Shown piece after piece: positions 29,782-38,990 of a DNA stretch of 64,000 nt (positions within the stretch are counted from its first letter, which is position 1; the number at the start of each line of letters is the position of its first letter). The notes under the pieces were generated by a model. That model was given only the letters and a program-made list of their open reading frames with translations. It did no database searches and was not told the origin of the DNA. A program made the translations under genes and the position numbers. The stretch is taken from the NCBI GenBank assembly GCA_027064425.1, contig JAMOPO010000052.1, forward strand, positions 32,001-96,000. Direction: 5' to 3'. Source of the DNA: Methanobacteriota archaeon (GTDB taxonomy: Archaea; JAADCQ01; Methanopyri; Methanopyrales; Methanopyraceae).

Positions 29782-30583
29782 GCGCACCCTCTACCTCGTC
29801 GGAGCCGGGCTGGCGAACGTGCGCGACCTCACCGTCCGCGCCCTGGAGGTGCTGGCCCGGGTCGACCTGATACTGGTGGACACGTACACCAGCGTGTACG
29901 AGTTCCGAGAGGGGGAGCTCAAGCGCCTGCTGCGCGCGCTCGGCGGTGGGGGCCCGCCCAGGATCAGGCCGTGCTCGCGCGAGGACCTCGAGGACCGGTT
30001 CTTCGAGGTCTGCGGTGACGCGGAGGAGGTGGCCGTCCTGTGCCCGGGCGACCCGATGGTCGCCACCACGCACTCCGCGCTGGCCGTCGAGGCCGCCAAG
30101 CGCGGCTGGAGGGTCGAGATCGTCCACGGGGTCTCGATCCTCACCGCGGGCCCCGCGAGGTCCGGGCTGGAGCTGTACCGGTTCGGCCGCACCGCCACCA
30201 TCCCGCTGCGCGTCCGGTCCGTGTACCCGTACGACGTGCTGGAGGAAAACCTGTCCTCCGACCTCCACACCCTGTTCCTGCTGGAGGCGGTCTCCGAGCG
30301 CGAGTACGTCTCCGTGGCGGACGCGGCGAGGTACCTGCTGAGGCTGGAAGAGGAGGAGGGTCGCGGGGTAGTCTCACCCAATCACGAGGTGGTCGGGGTG
30401 ATCCGCCTGGGCTTCGAGAACGAGCGGCTGGTCCGTGGAACGGTCCAGGAGCTGGCCGACTGGGACCCGCCCGGTCCACCACAAGCTCTTATATACCCCA
30501 GTCCCAGGCTGAGGGAGCCGGAGCGAGAGTTCCTGAACCTGCTAGTACCTCACATCCGAGACGTGGCGAAGCGTGGGGAGTGA
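29774..30583 (+). CDS. dph5: Diphthine synthase
   Basis: [37 protein letters not shown]. Confidence 0.92.
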   Translation: MSERTLYLVGAGLANVRDLTVRALEVLARVDLILVDTYTSVYEFREGELKRLLRALGGGGPPRIRPCSREDLEDRFFEVCGDAEEVAVLCPGDPMVATTHSALAVEAAKRGWRVEIVHGVSILTAGPARSGLELYRFGRTATIPLRVRSVYPYDVLEENLSSDLHTLFLLEAVSEREYVSVADAARYLLRLEEEEGRGVVSPNHEVVGVIRLGFENERLVRGTVQELADWDPPGPPQALIYPSPRLREPEREFLNLLVPHIRDVAKRGE

Positions 30584-30942
30584 CCTTGGCCGAAGAGGAG
30601 GGTGGCGACTACCACGTCGTGCTGGAGGCCGCGTGGATAGTGTACAACGTTGATAGCGAGGATGACGCCATCAACATCGCGATCGCGGAGGCCGGTAAGC
30701 GCCTGAACCGTCACGGGCTGGATTACGTGGACATCGATGTCGGGTTCTACGAGTGCCCCGAGTGCGGTGAGGAGGTGGAGGGAGTGTGGATCGTCGCCAA
30801 CACCGCGCTGGTTAGGCTCCTCCTGTCCATGCGCGTGTTCAACGCCGAGAGCGAGGAGCACGCGATCCGGATCGCGAAGTACGAGATCGGTCAGGCCCTC
30901 GAGGACGTACCGCTGGAGGTCGTGGAGGTTACCCCGCTCTGA
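30580..30942 (+). CDS. DUF555/UPF0212-like protein
   Basis: [41 protein letters not shown]. Confidence 0.85.
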   Translation: MTLAEEEGGDYHVVLEAAWIVYNVDSEDDAINIAIAEAGKRLNRHGLDYVDIDVGFYECPECGEEVEGVWIVANTALVRLLLSMRVFNAESEEHAIRIAKYEIGQALEDVPLEVVEVTPL

Positions 30943-30964
30943 GCCTGGTTTCTCCGAGGATCCT

Positions 30965-32080
30965 CTAAAGCCTGGTCCGGATGACCGTGTGGCCCCAGAT
31001 CGCGGCGGACAGGATCGTGAACGTGGCCAGCGCGAACGAGTTCATCGCCCGTGAGAACAGGAAGGCACCGATCAGCGACTGGACGGCGAAGGCGATCAGG
31101 CACCCGAACAGCATAGCCTCCCGGGCCACGATCCGGGAGGAGAACTCACACTGATGCATCTTGATGTATCGGGCCAGGCACCGGGAGCCCACGTACAGCG
31201 TGAGCCCCACCCACAGCGACAGCAGGAGCGAGCCGATGTACCCGAAGTCGAAGGCCCAGACGAAGACGCCGGGGAGCATGTAGTCGAGCAGGTCCTTTCG
31301 CGTGACCAGCGCGCCGTGCAGGGTGGGCACGTCCAGGTTGAACATGACCAGGTATCCCACGGGCAGCGTCACGAACCCGTCACCGAACCCGCGCCAGTGG
31401 TAACCTGCCGGGAGCGGCTTCGTCGAGTGCCCGATCAGGTGCGCGTTCTTCAGGATGAGGTCGAGGCCCGGGACCGTGTACTCGGCGAAGCGCTGGACTC
31501 GGACGACCGGGCTGAGCACGGGCTTGTTCAGCGCGCGGGCCAGTGCCTCCATCATCGCCACGAACCCGACCGCGATCACGGACACCGCGGCGATGGTCCG
31601 ACGGCTCATCCTAGCCGCGCGCATGGCGAGCGCTCCAACCCGCGTCTCCCCCTCCAGGTACCTGGCGATCAGGTACTCCGTGCCGACCCAGCAGAGGAAC
31701 CAGGAGAGCAGGTAGTCACGATGCATTAGCCCGCCAACCATGCCGACGTAAAGCCAGAGCAGGTTCAGCACCGGCCGGGTCCGGCGCGCGGCCGAGATGC
31801 CCCGACTCTCTAGGATTCCCACGAGGTACCGCGCCGAGGCCCAGGCGGCCAGCGTCAGCGGTCCGAAAGGATGGGTGAACTCGTGCCGAGGCATGGGCAG
31901 GAACAGGGACAGCACGTCCACGGAGAACAGCAGGGCCATGACCACCAGGGTGAAGATTGACAGCGAGAGCACGCGCTGGATGGTCACCGTGGAGTAGGCC
32001 AGCGTGAGTGGGATCAGAGTGTGGGTCATGATGACGAAGTCCAGCAGCGCCTCTCCGGTGTTGTGCGGTACCAGGTACAA
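30965..32080 (-). CDS. Polytopic membrane protein, Wzy/O-antigen-ligase(GT-C)-like topology
   Basis: About 9-10 hydrophobic segments with a large loop before DFGYIG; last gene of the pseudomurein operon. CDS is solid, function is inferred. Confidence 0.72.
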   Translation of the reverse strand: MYLVPHNTGEALLDFVIMTHTLIPLTLAYSTVTIQRVLSLSIFTLVVMALLFSVDVLSLFLPMPRHEFTHPFGPLTLAAWASARYLVGILESRGISAARRTRPVLNLLWLYVGMVGGLMHRDYLLSWFLCWVGTEYLIARYLEGETRVGALAMRAARMSRRTIAAVSVIAVGFVAMMEALARALNKPVLSPVVRVQRFAEYTVPGLDLILKNAHLIGHSTKPLPAGYHWRGFGDGFVTLPVGYLVMFNLDVPTLHGALVTRKDLLDYMLPGVFVWAFDFGYIGSLLLSLWVGLTLYVGSRCLARYIKMHQCEFSSRIVAREAMLFGCLIAFAVQSLIGAFLFSRAMNSFALATFTILSAAIWGHTVIRTRL

Positions 32081-32081
32081 G

Positions 32082-33344
32082 TTACCACCCTCTGGTCCGC
32101 CGGTGTAGCAGCTCTCTGACGCATCCGAGCACGATCAGGGTGACGCCCAGGGCCGATCCCAGCAGGCCGAGCGCGTGCAGCACCTCGGACGGAACGGGGG
32201 TCTTCAGCGGGCGCTTCTTGTACCCGGGAGGCAGCGGCCGCATGTACACCGTGACCAGGTTAGCCTTCGGTTCCACCTTGATGTCGCTGGGCAGCACGTA
32301 GTCGTAGCCCAGCAGGGTGTTGTTGTCGATCGCGTTGTCAATGGCCCGGGCGATGTGCGTTGGGTCCCGCTTCCCGCGCTGGATCAGCGACTGCACGATC
32401 TCCACGATGGTCGCCTTGTCGTAGGCGCTCCTGACCCCGTACACGCGCACCACCGGCTGGTTCTTACGCACGGTGATCAGGTCGCGCGCCACCTGCCAGG
32501 CGTACTCCGTCTTCAAGCTGGAACCGCACACCGGGCACCGGGTGTACCTGCCCGCCGCCGGGTACGGCGCGCTCCAGCCGCACTTGGGGCACACCTTCCG
32601 GTAAGGAGCGTCCAGCGGAAACCCGCGCTCGTTGAGCCGAGCGGGCACGAACGTGTCGCCGGTGGAGAGTCCCGCGGTGATGTTCACGGCGCCGCCACCG
32701 TACTTCTCGCCCGACTTCCTGGCCACGTAACCCATGACCCGGGTGAGCACCTCCGTCGCGGGCAGCCCGTCCCGGATCATTCGGCCCGCCATGATCGCCG
32801 CCTCGACGCGAACCTTGGTCGCCGTACCGTACAGCGGGTTACCCGGCGTGTTACGCAGGTGGATGACCGCGCACTTGACGTTGGGCGGGATCTTGACGAT
32901 GTTCGGGCCCGCGCTGCTGTGGTACTGCTTGATGATGATCTTGTTCCCCTTCACGATGACCACGGTGATGTCGTAGCTACCGCCCACCACGATGCCCCGA
33001 CGCGGGCCGCCCACCAGCAGTCGGTCCGTAGGCGACTTCTCGACACCGGCCCGGACGGCCTCCTCCAGCGGCATGCCCAGCTCCAGGCGACGGATGCACG
33101 CCAGGATCGCCTCCAGCCGCGCGGTACCCTTACCTAGACCACCCGCCAGCACGGCCACGTGCAGCTTTTTGGAGACCAGGAACGTGGACTGGAACATGTT
33201 GGGAGCGAACGACATCGAGCCGGCGGCTGCGCCGTTCGGGTCCTTGCCCGTGGGATCCGTGATGACGATCATGTTGAACGTGGCCGAGGAGGCCGAGGGG
33301 AGGAGCAGCAGGGCCAGCGCGAGTATCGCCGCCCACCGGATGAT
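32082..33344 (-). CDS. Secreted, C-terminally anchored Ntn-hydrolase-like protein with Zn ribbon
   Basis: In-frame signal peptide IRWAAILALALLLLPSASSA precedes TFNMIVITDPTG; CPKC..CPVC; C-terminal TM; probable ATC start at 33344 (first ATG 33272). Confidence 0.75.
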   Translation of the reverse strand: MIRWAAILALALLLLPSASSATFNMIVITDPTGKDPNGAAAGSMSFAPNMFQSTFLVSKKLHVAVLAGGLGKGTARLEAILACIRRLELGMPLEEAVRAGVEKSPTDRLLVGGPRRGIVVGGSYDITVVIVKGNKIIIKQYHSSAGPNIVKIPPNVKCAVIHLRNTPGNPLYGTATKVRVEAAIMAGRMIRDGLPATEVLTRVMGYVARKSGEKYGGGAVNITAGLSTGDTFVPARLNERGFPLDAPYRKVCPKCGWSAPYPAAGRYTRCPVCGSSLKTEYAWQVARDLITVRKNQPVVRVYGVRSAYDKATIVEIVQSLIQRGKRDPTHIARAIDNAIDNNTLLGYDYVLPSDIKVEPKANLVTVYMRPLPPGYKKRPLKTPVPSEVLHALGLLGSALGVTLIVLGCVRELLHRRTRGW

Positions 33345-33358
33345 CTTCCGACGCCCCC

Positions 33359-33775
33359 TTACCTCGGCAGCCCGTAGTCCTCCGTCACCCTCACGACCAC
33401 GACGCCTGACCGCTTGATCGTGATCTGGACCGACTTGACGGGCTTAATTTTGGTACCGGGGATAACGCTGCGCATGGCGTAGATGCGCGCCCTCCTGACC
33501 GCCTCCTGCAGCGGGATTCGCTTGCCGTCCGGGGTGATCAGCACCCCGTTCTTGATCGTGGCACCCGGCCTCAGTCCCGCCGCCATCACGTTGCTCCTGA
33601 CCACCTCCTCAGGCAGGAAGTCGCACCCTACCACGTCCACACCCACGATCTTGACCCCTCCCTGCTTGGGCAGCGGGCGGCTCGCCCAGGCCGTGTACTC
33701 GGCCAGCCTCCCCAGGGTGAGCAGCAGCGCTCCCAGCAGCATGATGGCGAGGTTACGCCTCGACACCCGGATCAT
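33359..33775 (-). CDS. Bitopic FtsQ-type POTRA-domain protein
   Basis: N-terminal TM, then KIVGVDVVGCDFLPEEVV..VKSVQITIKRSGVVVVRVTE; ATG 33775. Confidence 0.7.
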   Translation of the reverse strand: MIRVSRRNLAIMLLGALLLTLGRLAEYTAWASRPLPKQGGVKIVGVDVVGCDFLPEEVVRSNVMAAGLRPGATIKNGVLITPDGKRIPLQEAVRRARIYAMRSVIPGTKIKPVKSVQITIKRSGVVVVRVTEDYGLPR

Positions 33776-35231
33776 CCTCGCCCACCACCCCCATCTCCCG
33801 GAGGATCTTCCGGGCCGGCTCCATGCCCTGCGCCCCGCCCAGCAGCACCACCGTGTCCTCATCACTGAGCTCCAGCGCGCGCTCCAGCGCGTCCTCAAGC
33901 CGGTTGAAGTGCTCCCACTCCACCCCACCGCGCCTCAGCTCCTCCAGGAAGACCTCCCGCTCCTCGTCCCGAACGACGTTCGCCTCGTCCACCAGACCCT
34001 CCGAGTCCGTGGCCAAAATCCGCACCTCCACGCCCTCCCGCTCCAGCTCTCGAGCCCCCTTCACCAACGCCCTCGCGATCTCCCGGTTGATCTCCGTCCC
34101 GCGCGACCCCCGGATGGCGAAGACGATCACGGCCCGATCCTTGCCCAGCCTCCGCAGGGCCCGCACCGTCGCGAGGACACCGTCCGGATTGTGGCAGAAG
34201 TCGTCCACGATCAGCGGATCCTCCGACAGCCGCTCGAACCGGCGCTTGAGCGGGCGGTACGTGCGCAGCCCCTCCGCGATGTCCTCAGCGTCCACGCCCA
34301 GGGCGTGAGCGGCCGCGGTCGCGGCGAGCGCGTTGTACAGGAAATGGTCCACCGGGAGCGGGAACTCGCGGACGGGGATCAACGGTTCCCCTTCCAGCAG
34401 AATCCACTCCTCCCCGTCCACCTCACCGATCCGGGCGACGCCCTCCTCCCACCCGTACCACACTACCTCCGGCGCGAGCGACTCCATCTCCGCCACGCGC
34501 TCGTCGTCCGCGTTCAGCACCGCGACCCCGTCCTCCAGCGCCCTGACAACCCCCGAAACCGCCTCCGCCATCTCGTCCAGCGAGGAGACCAGGTTCGTGT
34601 GATCCACTCCCACGTTCGTTACCACGGCAACCTCACAGTCCAGGGCACGAGCCATCCGGTACGCGTGGTCCTCCATAACCCGGCCGGTCGGCAGGCCCTG
34701 AACCTCCGAGACCTCTACGCACAGGAAATCCTCCGGCCGGGCCTCCCGGATCTCCATAGCCACGACGGGGTCAATCAGCGTGTTCTTCTCGGACCGGAAG
34801 TCAGTGTTGCAGTACACGTCCCGGCCCGCCGACCTCAGGATGTGAGCGAGCAGGTGGTTGGTGGTGGACTTGCCGTTGGTGCCCGTGACGCACGCGGTGA
34901 CGGCGTCGGGCGCGTACTCCCTTTTCGCCAGCTTCAGCGCGTACTCGTTGGCCCGGTCCACCTCCGTCAGGATGAGGGGGAGACCGCGGCGCTCGCACTC
35001 TTCCTCCAGCCTGCCCCGCGGCTCCTCCGTGATCAGGCACGCCACACCGCGCTCATCCGCCAGCTCGGCCCCACGCTCATCGAGCCACCACCTGACCACC
35101 ACGTCCCCCTCGCTCGCCCGCCCGAGCGTGGAGAACCAGCCCCGAACTCTTCCGTCGGGGTCCCCGACGACCAGCTCCCCGTCCACCCTTTCAGCCAGCT
35201 CGCCCACGGTGGTTCTCAGCAGCGCGATCAC
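33753..35231 (-). CDS. Mur-ligase family peptide ligase (pseudomurein)
   Basis: VTGTNGKSTT, VVTNVGVDH, VLNADD, YNALAA, RRFE, DDFCHNPDG; GTG 35231. Confidence 0.92.
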   Translation of the reverse strand: MIALLRTTVGELAERVDGELVVGDPDGRVRGWFSTLGRASEGDVVVRWWLDERGAELADERGVACLITEEPRGRLEEECERRGLPLILTEVDRANEYALKLAKREYAPDAVTACVTGTNGKSTTNHLLAHILRSAGRDVYCNTDFRSEKNTLIDPVVAMEIREARPEDFLCVEVSEVQGLPTGRVMEDHAYRMARALDCEVAVVTNVGVDHTNLVSSLDEMAEAVSGVVRALEDGVAVLNADDERVAEMESLAPEVVWYGWEEGVARIGEVDGEEWILLEGEPLIPVREFPLPVDHFLYNALAATAAAHALGVDAEDIAEGLRTYRPLKRRFERLSEDPLIVDDFCHNPDGVLATVRALRRLGKDRAVIVFAIRGSRGTEINREIARALVKGARELEREGVEVRILATDSEGLVDEANVVRDEEREVFLEELRRGGVEWEHFNRLEDALERALELSDEDTVVLLGGAQGMEPARKILREMGVVGEDDPGVEA

Positions 35232-36304
35232 CCCGCGAGCCAGAGGGCGATGCCTGCGAGGAAGGCGCCGGCCATCCAGTGCAGGGCCACCACGATCGGC
35301 TCGGGCAAATCGTACTTGTACTGGAGGTGATGATGCAGGGGCTCGACCGCGAGCCGGATCACGCCGGCGCGGTGGAGCAGGCTGATGATCGTGGACCCCA
35401 CGGGCACGCCGAGGGCGATGACGGCGGGCACCTCGATCTTGTAGTACAGCGCGCCGGCGGCGTACGCGGCCCCCAGGAAGCAGCTCCCGGTGTCGCCCAT
35501 GAAGATCTTGGCCGGGTACCTGTTGTGGAACAGGAAGCCGAGCGAGGCTCCGGCGAGCGAGGCGAAGAACGCGGCGCCCGGGAGCTGATTGTGGGCCAGG
35601 CACACGCCCGAGCACGCCAGAGAGGCCAGAAACAGGAGGCCCGCGGCCAGCCCGTCCATGCCGTCGATAAGGTTCACCGCGTTGGTCGCGCCCACGACGC
35701 CGAAGAGAGCCAGCGGGTAGAACAGCCAGGAAAGGTCGATCGTCCCTAAGTGCGGGAACCACAGCCAGGTGGCGGGCACGATAGGGAGAACGAAGAGCGC
35801 GGCTCCGGCCTGAAGCAGCAGCTTCTCCCGCTCGCTCAGCTCCTTCTTGATCGGCACCTCGCCCACGATCTCGATCTTGTCCGGCTCCTCCCTGAGCAGG
35901 CGCTTCAGGTCCCGCTTGGCCTTCTTCGTCGCCACCCGGGCCTCCTCACCGGGCTGGAGCACGAGCCGGCCGATCCTGATCGGCTCGTTGGAGACGTTCT
36001 TAACCACCTTCTGGTACTCCTCCACCTGCAGCCCGAGCAGGTCGTCCACCACTCCCAGCACCATCATGGGGAGTGCTGAGGCCAGGGGTGGCAGGGCCTG
36101 GATCGACACGAGGAGCGGTCCGGCGGCCGTGCCCAGGACGATCCCGAAACCGCCCATGATCGGTGTACCGGCCTTGTGAGAGTGCTCCGTGACGATCGGC
36201 CTGTCCACCACCCGGGCCTCCTTCATGTACCGCCGGAGGAGCCTGACGACAGCCCACGACGTCATCGTTGAGACGGCGAACGTCTCAACGATCAACCCGG
36301 TCAT
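35228..36304 (-). CDS. MraY-like polyprenyl-phosphate transferase
   Basis: HKAGTPIMGG, GVVDD, NAVNLIDGMDGL, IFMGDTGS, EPLHHH. Confidence 0.92.
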   Translation of the reverse strand: MTGLIVETFAVSTMTSWAVVRLLRRYMKEARVVDRPIVTEHSHKAGTPIMGGFGIVLGTAAGPLLVSIQALPPLASALPMMVLGVVDDLLGLQVEEYQKVVKNVSNEPIRIGRLVLQPGEEARVATKKAKRDLKRLLREEPDKIEIVGEVPIKKELSEREKLLLQAGAALFVLPIVPATWLWFPHLGTIDLSWLFYPLALFGVVGATNAVNLIDGMDGLAAGLLFLASLACSGVCLAHNQLPGAAFFASLAGASLGFLFHNRYPAKIFMGDTGSCFLGAAYAAGALYYKIEVPAVIALGVPVGSTIISLLHRAGVIRLAVEPLHHHLQYKYDLPEPIVVALHWMAGAFLAGIALWLAG

Positions 36305-36310
36305 CCCCGC

Positions 36311-37450
36311 TCAGAGGAACCTGCTAGCCTCCCTGAGCCGCAGCTCGAACTCCTTCTCGGCCAGCTTCAGGTTGGCTCCTGCCGCCTTGAACGCCGACCG
36401 CAGCCTCTCGAACGCTTCTTTAAACGATTCCCCTCTCACCGCGATCCGGCCGGCCACGTCCACTCTACCGTAGTACTCGTAAAACACGTGGTACACTCCT
36501 CCGTCGAACATCTCCCGCAGGGGCTCCCGCCGGGAGGCGTTCCACACCGGGCACTCGATCGCGTGCCAGACCTTCCTGACCCGGGGCGGCCTCCAGCGAT
36601 CCACGACCATGTCTACGAGCTCCCGCAGCGGCCAGATCCCGGAGCACCCGGAGGTCATGTACCGCGTACCGCTGGGCCGCGGGTTGAACTCCAGGAACCA
36701 GAACTCGTCCTCCCGGACCACCACGTCGAAGTCGATCGTGCCCTCCAGCCCCAGCCGCTTGACGAGCTTGACCGCGCAGCGCTTGATGCCACGCTCCACC
36801 GACTCGTCCAGCGGGGCGGGGGCCATCCTCATTCGATCGATGGGGTGGTCGTCGTCCAGCGTCGACCCCTTGAACACGGGAACGAGCGGGACGACCTCCC
36901 CGTTCCAGGATAGGACCTCGATCGACACCTCCGCCCCCTCGATGAACTCCTCCACCAGCCGCCTACCGTGAACCCTGGGCGCCGACCGCTCGTAAACGTC
37001 CACGTTAATACCGGCCTGCGACCGCGGGTCCTTCACGACGAGGGGCGGGCGCATCCGGGGCCGGTCGTCCTCCACCACCTCCCACTCGGGCGTCGGGATG
37101 TTCAGCTCCTCGAACGCCCGCTTCGCCTCGATCTTGTTCACACCGGTCTGAACGCCTCTCGGCCCCGAGGCCGCGACGGGGATTCCCTCCTCCTCCAACA
37201 TCTCCTTCATCTCCGCCACCTCGGGGAGCGGATCGTCCACGCCGATGAGCGGGACCACCCCGTCCACGCCCCGCTCGAGCGCGATCCGCGCCGGGTGAGC
37301 CATCCCGCGGGGCACGAAGTGAACCTCGTCCGCCAGGTCCCAGTCCCTGCTCTCCGGGTTCGACTCGGTCAGGATCCGGTAGATCCCGGTGGAGGCCGCG
37401 TACTCCGCCACGTCCCGGAACAGCCGGGCGCCGACGAACAGGACCTTCAA
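36311..37450 (-). CDS. ATP-grasp ligase (pseudomurein cluster)
   Basis: NKIEAK..IPTP, VEEFIEGAEVS, FLEFNPRPSG. Confidence 0.88.
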   Translation of the reverse strand: MKVLFVGARLFRDVAEYAASTGIYRILTESNPESRDWDLADEVHFVPRGMAHPARIALERGVDGVVPLIGVDDPLPEVAEMKEMLEEEGIPVAASGPRGVQTGVNKIEAKRAFEELNIPTPEWEVVEDDRPRMRPPLVVKDPRSQAGINVDVYERSAPRVHGRRLVEEFIEGAEVSIEVLSWNGEVVPLVPVFKGSTLDDDHPIDRMRMAPAPLDESVERGIKRCAVKLVKRLGLEGTIDFDVVVREDEFWFLEFNPRPSGTRYMTSGCSGIWPLRELVDMVVDRWRPPRVRKVWHAIECPVWNASRREPLREMFDGGVYHVFYEYYGRVDVAGRIAVRGESFKEAFERLRSAFKAAGANLKLAEKEFELRLREASRFL

Positions 37451-38979
37451 CCCTCCTCCCCCAGCGTCTCTTCCAGCTCCCTCAGAATGTCCTCCTTGAA
37501 CTTCAGCGCCGCCTCGCCGAACAGCACGATCACCTCACACTCCGACTCCAGCGCCGACCTGAGACCGTCCAGAACCTGCTCCCTGGAGGCCCCCAGCGTC
37601 CCCCGCTTCTCGAAGCGCTCCGAGGCGCTCTCGGCCGCCACCACGTTGTCCGCCTCAACGTCATCGAGCACGCGGTAGCACGCGTACGAGGCCGCGATGA
37701 CCCGGTCCGAGAGCTTCGCCGCCCGCTCGAGGATCTCCCGGTCGCCCTCCGGCCCCAGCTCCGAGGCCACGGCGATGACCGCGCAGACGCGCCGGTCCTT
37801 GAACAGCTGCCGCAGGCAGCGCAGGGTCGCCTCCACTCCCGCCGGGTTGTGGCCGTAGTCGATGATCACCACGCGCTCGCCGTCGTCCCACACGGTCTCC
37901 AGCCGCCCTTCCACCCCCTCGAACGAGGAGAGCGCGTGCGCCACCTCCCCCGGGTCCAGGTCCAGGAACTCGATGCAGACGGCCGCGGCCGCCACGGCGT
38001 TGTACACGTTGTGAAGGCCCATCACGGGCAGGCTGACCTCGAACTCGCCCCCCGGGCAGGCCAGCGTGAACCCGTCCAGGGAGACGTCGGTGGCCAGGTA
38101 GTCCGGCGTCGGCGTCCTCAACCCGCACTCGCACCGGAAGTCGCCCACCCACGGGAGGATCTCCTCCACCTCCGCCCGCTCGCCGCACCAGCACTCCTTC
38201 TCCACGGTACCCACGGGCTCCGCCTCCACCCCGAAGTAGACGATGTCGCCGTCGAACCCGACCACGTCCGGCGCGCCCACGACCAGCGGGTCCTGAGCGT
38301 TCAGGACGGCCAGCTCCACCGAGTCGGGCTCAAGCAGCTCGATCTCGCACCGCGCGTACGTCTTGAAGTCGCCCGCCTTGTTCAGGTGATCGGGCGTGAT
38401 GTTCGTCAGGCAGACGCACTCCACCTCGGACCACTCGGCCGCCTCGAGGATCTCCCCGCGCTCACCGAACGTCGCGATCTCCAGCACGCTCACGTCGCCC
38501 GGCAGCCGAGCCTGCAGCGGAGGCAGGTACCCGACGTTCCCCTGCATGCCCGGCAGTCCGGGGCCCCGGGCCTCCAGCCCCAGCTCCCGGCACACGTGCC
38601 GGATCATCGCCACGGTCGTCGTCTTCCCGTTCGTGCCGCCCACGCCCACCACCGGCCGCGTGGGTGGGATCTTCTTGAGCACGTCCTCCACCTCACAGAC
38701 CCGGCACCCGTGCCGCTCGGCCATCCGGTACGGGGGAGCGCCCTCGTCCAGGCTGGGCGGGAGGACCACCGCGTCGGCCCGCTGGAACAGCTCCGGCGGG
38801 TGCCCGCCCAGAACGATCTCGATGTTCGCGTAGTCCAGCAGGGGCTCCAGCAGCTCGCACTCCTCCTCGTCCTTCACGTCCGAGGCGATCACGTGGTAGT
38901 CCCGCTCCGCGAGCACCCGGGCGACCAGGTTGCACACGGGCCCGCACACGCCGATGACCAGCACGGTGAACCCCTTCAC
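37447..38979 (-). CDS. Mur-ligase family peptide ligase with Cys4 insert
   Basis: GGTNGKTTT, LTNITPDHL, HNVYNAVAA, GVEGRLE, DYGHNPAG; CWCG..CECG. Confidence 0.92.
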   Translation of the reverse strand: MKGFTVLVIGVCGPVCNLVARVLAERDYHVIASDVKDEEECELLEPLLDYANIEIVLGGHPPELFQRADAVVLPPSLDEGAPPYRMAERHGCRVCEVEDVLKKIPPTRPVVGVGGTNGKTTTVAMIRHVCRELGLEARGPGLPGMQGNVGYLPPLQARLPGDVSVLEIATFGERGEILEAAEWSEVECVCLTNITPDHLNKAGDFKTYARCEIELLEPDSVELAVLNAQDPLVVGAPDVVGFDGDIVYFGVEAEPVGTVEKECWCGERAEVEEILPWVGDFRCECGLRTPTPDYLATDVSLDGFTLACPGGEFEVSLPVMGLHNVYNAVAAAAVCIEFLDLDPGEVAHALSSFEGVEGRLETVWDDGERVVIIDYGHNPAGVEATLRCLRQLFKDRRVCAVIAVASELGPEGDREILERAAKLSDRVIAASYACYRVLDDVEADNVVAAESASERFEKRGTLGASREQVLDGLRSALESECEVIVLFGEAALKFKEDILRELEETLGEEG

Positions 38980-38990
38980 GCGTATCCCCC

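Noticed and set aside
33753-35762. 669-aa Mur ligase, and similarly extended cdhE, korA, korB, pdaD and ppnK ORFs
   Set aside because: The extensions overlap upstream genes in another frame; starts were reassigned using SD position and family N-termini
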